NCBI GenBank assembly: GCA_054600435.1
Contig: BAAIJX010000008.1
Span: forward strand, 310,001 to 374,000
From: Neophaeotheca triangularis
Lineage: Eukaryota
Direction of reading: 5' to 3'
DNA length: 64,000 nt
Part shown: positions 37,173 to 47,264 of the stretch, piece by piece
Layout: every line of letters starts with the position of its first letter
How positions within the stretch are numbered: position 1 is the stretch's first letter
Made by a program: the position numbers and the translations under genes
The notes under the pieces: generated by a model
Database searches by the model: none
Told to the model about the DNA's origin: nothing
Seen by the model: the letters and a program-made list of their open reading frames with translations, nothing else

Positions 37173-39971
37173 ATGGATCCTTACACCTTCGCCAGCTCTT
37201 CAGAGGTGCATGTCCCGGTAGGAGTCAAGATCAACCGTCTCGAAGGCTTCGAGAGGCCGCTCCCATACTCGACTCTCCTCAAACGGCCAGACCTGCGACA
37301 TAGAGGCAGCAACCTCTCGCCACACTCTGAGCTATACGTCACTGTACAACCGTTTGCAGACTCGAAACCCTTGACAGTTCACTCGCAGACTCCATACAAG
37401 CACTTTAAGAATGGCCGAACATGGAACCAGTGGCTTTCGTTACCCGTCGAATACAGCACGCTGCCTGTGAATACTCAGCTGGCAATCACTCTATGGGATC
37501 TAAGTCCAGTTGATCCAAAAGGCGTTGGTCAAAGCCACCACGTACCTTTTGGTGGCACCACCATCCCGCTTTTCGGCGATGATGCCACTCTGCGGACTGG
37601 CCGTCATAAATGCAGAATTTGGAGGCACAAGGCTGCAGACGGCTTCTCCGACACTGCGACTCCGTTCCAGGAGCCGAAGAAGCGTGGTAGAAGAGGCACT
37701 CACGATGAGACTGTAGTTGTCAGCGAGAAGCATAGACGGAGGGATGCCGAGCTGGAGAGGCTGGTGGCTTTGATGAAGCAGCATGAAATGGGTGAGATTG
37801 AGACCAGTAAATGGCTTGATCCCATGGTCTTTCGACAGATTGAGAAGTTGGAGAGGCAGCGGATCAAAGAGACTTCTCCATTGCAGAGAGATAGGCCTCA
37901 TCAGGAAGGCCTTGCAAATGGCGAGGCTGGGTCTTTATGTGCGGAAGGTGACCCCGACCATGTTGACGGGACTTTCTTCCTCTACATTGAGTTTCCGCGT
38001 TTCGACCACCCCATTGTCTTTACCGATCACGAGTACCCACCGCCCCCAGTCTCATCAATTAAAACGCCTTACTCGCAGAACCCCAACTCTGTCAGCTTCA
38101 AGCCGCCGCCAGAGGTTCAGCTCGGGCCCGGTATTTACGGCGACGACACCAGCCGCCCTCTAATCACCATCTACGACCCCGAAGTTGGCTTCGCAGAAAA
38201 CCCTGCTGAGACCAAACACCGCAAGCTCAGTCGCAGTCAACGCGATGGGTTCGACCGCGACCTGAGACCAAATCCACGAATGCGTGACACCCTGAAGCGA
38301 ATCGTGGCATACGGCCCGACGGTCGAGCTGAATGCCAAGGAGAAGGACGACATCTGGAAATATCGTCACTACCTCAGCAGAGACAAGCGCGCACTCACCA
38401 AGTTGGTCAAGTCGGTCAACTGGAACGAGTCGAAAGAGTACAGCCAGGTAACAGCGCTGCTGTCGAAGTGGGTAGAAATCGACGTTGACGATGCTTTGGA
38501 GCTTCTTGGACCGGGTGTCCAAAATCCCACAGTACGCACGTACGCAGTCGATCGACTGAGAAAGGCAGACGACGAAGAGCTTCTCCTGTACTTGCTCCAG
38601 CTCGTCCAGGCTCTGAAATTCGAACCGCAAAACGACTCGACTAAGGAAGACGACACCGACTCTTCTCTGGCCTCCTTCCTTGTCGCTCGCTCAGCTGCCA
38701 ATCTCAAACTCGGGAACTTCCTCCACTGGTACATAATGGTTGAACTCGATAATGACACATCAAAGCGACACAAACAGCTCTTTGCTCGCGTCAGCTACGA
38801 CTTCATGAAAGAGCTCGAATCCTCTCCGGAAGGCCAAGAACGCCGAAAAGTACTTCAACGTCAAGGGGAGTTCGTTCAAATTCTCACAAGCCTCACGCAG
38901 GGGGTCCAAAACACACAAGGTGATCGCCCAAGCAAAATCGACAAGCTCAAAAAGACCCTCTCAGACCCAAAACACCACCTGGCCAACCTCCAACCACCCC
39001 TCCCGCTCCCCCTGAACCCAGACATTCACGTCACAAGCATCATACCAGAAGAACTCAACATCTTCAAATCCTCCCTCCTTCCCCTCCTCCTCAACTTCTC
39101 CACCACCACCAACGAACAATACCCCTTCATCTTCAAAACCGGCGACGACCTCCGTCAAGACCAACTCGTAGTCCAAATCATCGCCCTCATGAACCGACTC
39201 CTCCTCTCCGAAAACCTCGACCTCAAACTAACTCCCTATTCCATCCTGGCCACCTCGACAACCGCCGGCGCAGTACAATACATTCCGTCCACCTCCCTCT
39301 CCACCATCCTCTCCACCTCCCACAAAAACGCCCACCACTACACATCCATCCTCAGCTACCTGCGCCACCACAACCCAGCCAACATCCACGCCGTCAACAA
39401 CCCCAACCCTACCCACAACTCCCTCCTCGGCGTCCGCCGCGACGCAATGGAAACTTACGTAAAATCCCTCGCCGGCTACAGCGTCATAACCTACCTGCTA
39501 GGCGTCGGGGACCGCCACCTGGACAACCTGCTCCTCGCCCCCGACGGCCGCTTCTTCCACATCGACTTCGGCTACATCCTCGGCCGCGACCCGAAACCCA
39601 TGGCCCCGCTGATGAAACTCAGCCGCGAGATGATCGACGGCCTCGGCGGTGTAGGTGGCTCCGAATCGCAATTCGCCAATTTCAAGCGCTATGCTTTTAC
39701 TTGCTACACCACGCTGCGCAGGAGCTCGGGGTTGATTTTGAATTTGTTTGCTCTGATGGAGGAGGCGGGGATCCAGGGGTTGAGTGTTGTGGGCGGTGTT
39801 GGGGGAGGGGCGGGCGATGCCGTTAGGAGGGTTGAGGAGCGGTTTAAGCTTGATGTTAGTGAGGAGGAGGCTGTGGCGTTTTTGGATGGCTTGATTGAGC
39901 GCGAGATGGGGGCTTGGGGGCCGAGGGTGATTGATCGTCTGCATGGGATTGCGCAGACTTGGAGGGCGTAG
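37173..39971 (+). CDS. VPS34: Phosphatidylinositol 3-kinase Vps34 (class III)
   Basis: C2, helical (LYLLQLVQALKFE) and kinase domains (FKTGDDLRQDQL, GVGDRHLDN, HIDFGYILGRDPKP). Single exon. Confidence 0.97.
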   Translation: MDPYTFASSSEVHVPVGVKINRLEGFERPLPYSTLLKRPDLRHRGSNLSPHSELYVTVQPFADSKPLTVHSQTPYKHFKNGRTWNQWLSLPVEYSTLPVNTQLAITLWDLSPVDPKGVGQSHHVPFGGTTIPLFGDDATLRTGRHKCRIWRHKAADGFSDTATPFQEPKKRGRRGTHDETVVVSEKHRRRDAELERLVALMKQHEMGEIETSKWLDPMVFRQIEKLERQRIKETSPLQRDRPHQEGLANGEAGSLCAEGDPDHVDGTFFLYIEFPRFDHPIVFTDHEYPPPPVSSIKTPYSQNPNSVSFKPPPEVQLGPGIYGDDTSRPLITIYDPEVGFAENPAETKHRKLSRSQRDGFDRDLRPNPRMRDTLKRIVAYGPTVELNAKEKDDIWKYRHYLSRDKRALTKLVKSVNWNESKEYSQVTALLSKWVEIDVDDALELLGPGVQNPTVRTYAVDRLRKADDEELLLYLLQLVQALKFEPQNDSTKEDDTDSSLASFLVARSAANLKLGNFLHWYIMVELDNDTSKRHKQLFARVSYDFMKELESSPEGQERRKVLQRQGEFVQILTSLTQGVQNTQGDRPSKIDKLKKTLSDPKHHLANLQPPLPLPLNPDIHVTSIIPEELNIFKSSLLPLLLNFSTTTNEQYPFIFKTGDDLRQDQLVVQIIALMNRLLLSENLDLKLTPYSILATSTTAGAVQYIPSTSLSTILSTSHKNAHHYTSILSYLRHHNPANIHAVNNPNPTHNSLLGVRRDAMETYVKSLAGYSVITYLLGVGDRHLDNLLLAPDGRFFHIDFGYILGRDPKPMAPLMKLSREMIDGLGGVGGSESQFANFKRYAFTCYTTLRRSSGLILNLFALMEEAGIQGLSVVGGVGGGAGDAVRRVEERFKLDVSEEEAVAFLDGLIEREMGAWGPRVIDRLHGIAQTWRA

Positions 39972-40421
39972 GTTGAGAAGTTGTGGGGAAGGAGTTGTTG
40001 CATGAAGATCTGGGATTTGAGCGCAGCTTTAGATTCTTGATGATGTAGAAGCGTCTATAATGTTACAAGCCAGATGTCTTACCAAAGTCTGAGATTGGAT
40101 GGATGAAGAAGAGACAGGTAAAAGTAATGAAGCATTGCATTGTCGATTAGATGAGGCTGACTTGCGGCCAGCGCAGTCTGCCATGCTCCACCGAGCTGAA
40201 GCTACTAGTACTGCAAGCAGACAAGTCCTCCGCCACGACGCCTGCACTTTGGCAAACACCCCTACGCGCCATGAAACACCTTTGCTTGCCGCTCGACCAT
40301 CAACATGTCCCATTGTCCTCGTCCATATCGTCAATCGTTTTGTTTCTCATCAACAAAGTGTGCCCAGCGCAAAGCGCTAGGCTTGCCGTGGGGCAGTGTG
40401 CTTCCTGTCGAGCCGTGAGGC

Positions 40422-41375
40422 TTAGAGAGGGAAGCCCATGCCACGCCTAATCTCCCACATCTGCGTCTTGCTCGGGAAAGGGAGGTCCTGGACCTTGGTT
40501 TCGTAGGCGGCGATGAGCCTCTTCATCGAGTTCCACACCACAGCAAACTCCATCATGACGTCGGTGTAGGCCGGATCCTGCGCAAGCTCCGTCTGCAACT
40601 GGTGGATGCGTTTACCGGCACCGTTGAAGCGTCCATAGCAGGTGATCTTGACGTCCTCCAACTCGACACGGTAGGAGTTGAGGTAACGCTCCCAAGCGTT
40701 CTCATCGAAGCCTGGAGATCCAAGTGGTGTTAGCGAGTCCTTGCGTCGGCTTATGTATTCAGGCGGCGGCGAGCTGCTGAGCTGCTTGTTGATGCGCTGC
40801 AGATCAGGCGGTGTAGCTTTGGTGCCGTTCGCAGGAATGACGGGGGTTGGGGAAGCGCCACTATCGACGGGAGTGAAGGGGGGAGTGTCCATGCCGTTCG
40901 TTGGGGGGAGCTGTTCACCACGCCAAGCCGGCTTCGGGATGGGCATGAAGGACTCGGGCAGCTCCGTAGGCGAAACAGCCTCGGAGCCGGTGCTGTCAGA
41001 GCCGACGGCGGAAGAAGATCTGACGTTGGAAGGAGTGCGGGCCAAGTGACCGTGCTTCTTCTCGGGATAACCACGATAGGCCTGATCATCGAACGTCTTG
41101 TAGAGACGCTCGATGGCAGAGTCAAGAGCAGCACCGGCGCATTGCCAATCCTCGATGGGTTCCTTGATGTCGTTCGGCAGACGAAGCACGAGATTCTTGT
41201 CGATGGCGAATTTGACGAGATGTTCGGGGTAATAGGAGAAGTTGTCGGACCCAAAATCAGTGCCGGGAGGGGAGCGATTGGCGCTGGCAGCGTTGTTGCG
41301 CATGATGCAACGGTAGGCCGTCTCGGTCTGGGCGTACGAGGGACGACGGTGCTTGGGCTGGTTGATGGAGGACAT
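40422..41375 (-). CDS. Hypothetical protein, 317 aa
   Basis: Long ATG-initiated ORF with coding-like codon usage. Two helical regions flank an S/P-rich linker. No family recognised. Confidence 0.75.
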   Translation of the reverse strand: MSSINQPKHRRPSYAQTETAYRCIMRNNAASANRSPPGTDFGSDNFSYYPEHLVKFAIDKNLVLRLPNDIKEPIEDWQCAGAALDSAIERLYKTFDDQAYRGYPEKKHGHLARTPSNVRSSSAVGSDSTGSEAVSPTELPESFMPIPKPAWRGEQLPPTNGMDTPPFTPVDSGASPTPVIPANGTKATPPDLQRINKQLSSSPPPEYISRRKDSLTPLGSPGFDENAWERYLNSYRVELEDVKITCYGRFNGAGKRIHQLQTELAQDPAYTDVMMEFAVVWNSMKRLIAAYETKVQDLPFPSKTQMWEIRRGMGFPL

Positions 41376-41738
41376 CTTGCCGTCTTCACGTGGCTTAGGT
41401 GTGGTGAAGTCGTGGGAGTGGGCGGATCGCGAGTGGAAATGAACGAGGTATCGGGGGTGCTCCGGTAAATCTGGTGGCGGTACTAGGAGGCCGTAGTCGT
41501 AGGAGGACTTGCTGCTAGCCGACGTCTTTGCAGGTTGTTAGGATATGGTGGTGGCCCAATGACAAGGCCAGAGCGCTCAAAGAGTGTGAGGTGAAGGCCA
41601 CGTTTGTTGCTACGCTACCTTCAGGTTGGCAATGGAGTAAGTGGTGGAAGGGTGGAGTAAAGAACGTGGGTGCGGCGGGTGTGGGCGTGGCGTCCTTGTT
41701 AAGGAAGGCCAGGGCAGGTGAGGCTGCTTGCTTCTTGT

Positions 41739-41776
41739 CGTTGTTGTTGTTGTTGTTGGAAGAAGAAGAAGAAGAA
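41739..41776 (+). repeat. (GTT)n(GAA)n compound microsatellite
   Basis: Directly visible upstream of the 317-aa gene. Confidence 0.8.
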
Positions 41777-42610
41777 AGGAAGGGCAGGTGAGCTTGGAGG
41801 TCGAAAGGGACAGAAGGTGTGGTGATGTGACGGACGGCAAGAGCTTCAACTTTTCTTGTCGGAAATTGCCGTGCGTCTGGTTTGTGGCAGGTACGAGGGC
41901 GTGCCTTCCCTTCTCGATAGCTCGGCTAGCAATGCCGAGGAATGCCAAGGCCCAGGACAGGAAAGGGGCACAAGTAACGTGATCTTCAGGCCTCTCGTGG
42001 TGAATGAGTGCGGTAGTGAGGTGAATGGGAGGCGGTGGTGAGGAAACAATGGAATCTGGCGACTTCTCGCGGAGAGGTTCAGGTGGTAGCCGTTGCTGCT
42101 TTTGAGCTTGGAGGTCGTGGTACAGACTCGACCTGTCACATCAAGCAATTTGATATCAATATCTTCCAGCGCACAATAAATCCCCTTTCCAGCGCAACAG
42201 TGAGTACTGCGCGGCTCGGCGCTTCACGATCCATGTCTCGACGAGGTGTAGCTGCAGCTTTCCAAGAGTGACTGCCGAGCGTGCGGTATAGGTAGAGCGG
42301 TACGCTGAGCGCAACCGAGCTGCCCCAAATTTGAGTTGAATTTTTCGTGCTGGATGCGTGTCTCTTGCCAAGCCGTAGTAAAGATTTTTAAATACTACAG
42401 TATGCTGAATCGTTTGCCAACCTCACGATGACGCCCCGTGACCAGTCTCTCTCCACTTCCGGTCGACGAAGTGCTAATATCATGTACAAAGATGCAAGAT
42501 CATGTACTCCATGCCGACCCTCAGCCTGCTTTTCGCCATGCAACACAACATTCCCAGGCGCCTCCGCTCTGGCTTTCCAATCGTTTCTTGTGCCCGTCCG
42601 TATCCGATTG

Positions 42611-43602
42611 CTAATCAAGCCTGGTCGGCGAAGAAAACGTCAGTGCCGAGTTATGACGGGCGCCTGCACGAAGAACGCGCACAAAAGAATCGATTTCGGC
42701 AGCGAGGGAAACGGGAAACGAGACGCGGGTTGCAGCCGCAGCCACCCGTTTGGTGCTACATCGAAACGTGTTATCGGATCTGCACATACCTTTCGATCAA
42801 GTGGAGGCCAGATGCTGTCTCGATGATGCCTGAGATCTCGCCGGGCTGTAGTGCGAAAGATGCTTCCTCAAACTCCTTTTGCATATCGCCTTTGCCGAAA
42901 AAGCCCCTGTGGGACTGTGTAAGCTTTGGTCGTCGTCGACAGGTTTCTCGGTGGCACTCAAGGCACAGTGTTTGAAACAGCTGCGTGCTCTCCGCGGGGT
43001 GGTTTAGTACTTACAGGTCGCCGCGCTTCCTCGCCGAGCTGCAATCGCTCTCTGTCGTGGCAAGATCACCAAGGCTGGTGCTACCACTCCTGATGCGATC
43101 CTCGTACTGGGTAATGATGCCCCTCGCCTCTTCTTTGGAGCGGGTGATTTGTGCTTCTCGCCACGAGGAGGGGCGCCGGGAGTCACGGTGCTTCACGAGA
43201 AGATGGGCGGTGCGAATTTTTCCTTCGAGGTTCTGTTGAGCTCCCGCGGCACCATCACGCCCAAGGGTCGCAGTGTGGTACTGGCCCATGTACTGCTTGA
43301 GAGTCTCACCATCTGTGTTGGTAGGCGGCTCCCAACTGGACGGGTCAGTTGAGTATGAACAAGAGGGGGTCCGCATGTGTCACCAACCGGCTTTCTTTGG
43401 TGCTAGCATTGAAGTAGTAGGGGAGATTTTTGCTGTTGCTGTGGCGGACCTCCTGGTTTGTAGGTTAGATCAAACATGGATGACAAATGGTTCTGCAGAC
43501 GCTGAGTTTGGCATACCCAGCCAGGAGGGAGACCAGTGGCCTGTAGATGGATATACGTTAGCATTCGCAACATTATAGGAGGATTGAGGGAATACTTGCC
43601 AT
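42611..43602 (-). CDS. ESS1: Parvulin-type peptidyl-prolyl isomerase Ess1/Pin1 (WW + PPIase)
   Basis: Spliced product [85 protein letters not shown]. Five introns; the first is GC-AG. Confidence 0.93.
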
Positions 43603-43625
43603 GATGACTTTTTTGGTATCTGCTG

Positions 43626-43665
43626 GTAGGGTAGGGTAGGGTAGGGTAGGGTAGGGTAGGGTAGG
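43626..43665 (+). repeat. (GTAGG)8 microsatellite just upstream of ESS1 ATG
   Basis: Tandem GTAGG units. Confidence 0.9.
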
Positions 43666-44457
43666 GGAGGGGTGTGTAAATGGTGTATGCACTGTATAGG
43701 CGGCGTGGTACGCTTCTAGAGGACGGGAAAGAGCTCGCTCGTCCAAGTGCAGGTGGTCGTACTTCCAGAATGGAAGCTAATGATTGCGACACTTCAGGCT
43801 GGGCTGTACAGTACTACCAGTAGACGGGCAAAAAGGTAAGGAATGGAAGGTATACCAAAGTTGGAAGAGGCTCGTTGGCACGAGGAAGGACAGACACGGG
43901 CAGACAGGCGCGGGGTTTGTCTAGTGTCTGTCAGTCTGTCTACCTAAGGTAACTAACCTTACCTAACCTTACCTATAGTAGGTAGCGACCCCACAGCAAC
44001 GATGGAAAGGTTCGTGACTGGCTCGTGCCTGGCAGGTGGACCCTGACTTCAGTAGCACTAGTAGTAGTAGTGTACTAGTGACTTGAGTCGACCGCAGTAG
44101 TGACTAGCGCCGTGCATTGATCATGTGCGCGCCGTGCCGTGCCGCGCCGCCTGTTGCCTGCCTGACATGAAGCGCTCCGACTTGGGCCTCTTCCTTTCAC
44201 TGCTCCCTTCCTGGTCTCTGCTCTCTACAACACCTACCCACAACTTCCGAGAGCAGACACGTCGCCCTTCACAAAGGTCAGTCAATTTGCAGCATTATCT
44301 ACTTCACTAGAGCAATAAACTTACACTCCCTCAAAGGCGCGTTGACGCTTCCAGACTCCCTTGCGCAGAAGCTTCCGAAAGCGGCGCTACCTTCACTCCA
44401 AACACCTCCCATTTTACGAATACCATCTTCACGCGCCAGTTCAGCAAGGTCGTCATC

Positions 44458-45359
44458 ATGGACGCCATGGACTCTCCTGGCCGCTCGCCCGACCCCGAGT
44501 CGCAAGAGGACGCGAACAAAGTCAGCTTCCGCTTCTGCCAGGAATGGTATGTCTTCAGATCCTCACGTAAAACACGACGCCTCACGCACATCACTAACAC
44601 CCTGGCCAGCTCCAACATGCTTTACCCGAAGGAGGACAAGCTCAACACCAAGTTGATGTACTCTTGTCGTTCCTGCCAGTACTCCGAGGAGGCGGGCCCC
44701 AAAGCCAGCGACAACTGCATCTACCGCAACGAACTCGCCCAGCAAGTCTTCGAGACGGCCGGCAATGTGGAGGATGTCGCCGACGACCCAACGGTTAGTG
44801 AAGATCCCGCGAATATGTCGCAGCAGATGGATGAGGGCGGGGCTGGGTATGAGACTGTGCCAGACATGTGCACGCTTTGTGGGCAGGAGATAACTTGCCC
44901 CATATGTGGCGGCGCAAGCGACAACGGCATGGCCTTGGAAGTGGATGACCCGGCGGGCGCAGTTGGCATGTCCGGGCAACAGAGCGCGGTGGAGGCCGAA
45001 AAGCGAGAGCGGGCACTGTCTGGCGCAGGGATTTCAGGTTCAACATGAACGTGGGACAAGAGCAAGGGCCCTCCGAATCCATCTGCTGCGACCCTTGGTG
45101 CCACACGTCACCTGTCCGGCATTTGCTGACTCTGGTATGTCATAGCTCCCCCACTCCGCCGACTACGAGTGCAAGAGGTGCGGCCAACGCGACCACGTCT
45201 ACTTCCAGTCTGTGCAGCGCACCGCCGAGACTGGCATGGTACGCATCAGGCTTACAAATTACCCACTTCGGTCTACCATGCTAATCCTACCTCTAGGCTC
45301 TCTTCTACGTCTGCACCAAGTGCACGAACGTTTGGTCGACCATCGAGGGACAGAAGTAG
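44458..45359 (+). CDS. RPB9: RNA polymerase II subunit Rpb9 (142 aa canonical isoform)
   Basis: Exons 44458-44546, 44610-44793, 45146-45238 and 45297-45359 give FRFCQECSNMLYPKED..CRSC..DPTLPHS..ECKRCG..YFQSVQRTAETGMALFYVCTKC. Confidence 0.95.
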
Positions 45360-45970
45360 TAGGACTCGAAGCTCTTTTGATGGCACATCACTCATATTAT
45401 GGATCACAGTCAGCAAGGCATCGCGCTTTTCCCCGTGCGCCAGCACTCGGTTGTTTCTCAGGCCGACACCACGAATGGCATGTCTGGGCTTACTCCCGCC
45501 ACTGATCAACGTATCGCGAGCTCGTCCCCATGTCGCATGCGTTACAACGGTCGCAACCACGCTACTGAGCTACCGGAGGACCCGAACAAAGATATCCACA
45601 CCCTTGAGGTACCCAAAAGCGAAACGCGACATACGGCCCACACCCTCACACCATTTCACAAGCTAATCCAAAACCATCACGATGTAGTAAGCACAAGTCT
45701 GCCTTCGGGAGATCAGCTTGATTGCTCATTTGGTAGTGGAGGATTTCAAGGGTTGATGTACAGTAGTGTACAACACAGCAGTTCGCTGCAGCAAATGTCA
45801 TTCAAATGCAAATCATTCCTCAAAGACCCGTTCAAACACCCTTAAACTCCCATCTCCTCCCAGTGCCAACGCCGTGCTAATGCTTGGTCGACGTGTCCCT
45901 CCTTACACTCAATCAGCCCTCCAAATCTTTCTCAATCGTACACACCTTCCACTACCCATCCCAACACCCC

Positions 45971-46553
45971 CTACAAATGCATCGGCGCCAAACTCAAAAT
46001 CTTACTCCACCGCCCCTGCCTCAACTCCTTCCCAACAACCCCGTTCAACCGACTCCCTATAGGATCTCCCCCCTTATTCACCAACACACAAGCGTTGTCA
46101 TCGAACCCCACAACACTGCCATCCTCCCTCTGATACTTGTACTTCGTCCTCACAACCACGGCGTGCCGGATATCGCCTCGTCGGACCTTGTTGGCGGCGC
46201 TGACCGAGACGGAACCCCCGCCAGACTCTGGGCCGAAGTTGCGCTGTTTTTGTACGACTACTATTATGCGGTCACCTGGAAGAGGGATGGGGGGGTTAGC
46301 GGGCTGGTGGGTTGGTGGCAGAAGGGGGCCTTGTGTGTACCGATCTGCGCGTGTCGTTTGGAGCGAAGGACTTTGACGCATTCGGCTACGGCTGCGCCGG
46401 AGTTGTCGATTACGTTGACCATGGTCTGCAAAGGGGAGGGAGTGGGTTAGTTCCGTCTTGATGTAGAGACTCTGTGGTCTGGATTTGCACTGGTGATGGG
46501 CGTTCGCGGTCCGGGGGATTTTGATGGAGATGGCGTACCTTGAGTTGGATCAT
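45971..46553 (-). CDS. MRPL38: Mitochondrial large ribosomal protein uL14m
   Basis: MIQLKTMVNVIDNSGA..IGDRIIVVVQK..HAVVVRTK..FDDNACVLVNKGGDPIGSR. Two introns. Confidence 0.9.
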
Positions 46554-47264
46554 CTTGACGATTGGTGGTGACCTGTGGTCGGTCAGTGGGCTGGGATAAT
46601 GCTGCTCGTGGTGGGATGTCGAGGATTGTCGTCGCCTGCTGTCTGAAGATGTATCGCTCGAAGCGGAAGGCAAGCCGCAAGCCTAGAAAGTCAGCTGTTG
46701 GCCTCAGGCATCAAAATATGGGCCAATCTTGACTGAGTTGCAATGCGATTGAGCTCAATCGAGTTCGGATGAAACAAGATGGTGACATGTTTCAGACCGG
46801 GTGTCAAGCCGGACAGCCGCCTGAGCTTATGTACTAGGAGGTATATCCAACGTACATGTCGTCGATACTCGATTAGGAGCGAGGCTTGGCACATCGTCGT
46901 TCCTGCATAGCGCAAACCCCCCAGCCACTAGAGTCGAGCCAATGAGCGGCGGTGTTTGACGGAATGCGACTCGAAAGTCCCAAGGCGCAAGCCCCGGACG
47001 GCTACGAACAACATTCACGGCTGCCCTGCCCGTGTTACTTGCGCGACAATAGCAACATCGTCCTCTTTACCGCCCTCCTCCCCTATTGACAGCGCCCCGC
47101 TCCACCCCATCCCATAACTCGACTCTTTCAAACCGTCGCCATTGACAGCTTCTACCACCCTCTCGACGCACTCGCTCTTTGTCATTCTTTGCGCGCCTCT
47201 TCACCAAAGATGATATAGCTCTTCGCATCGCTTCAATCACCACACGCGTCAGCCTCCGCACAAG

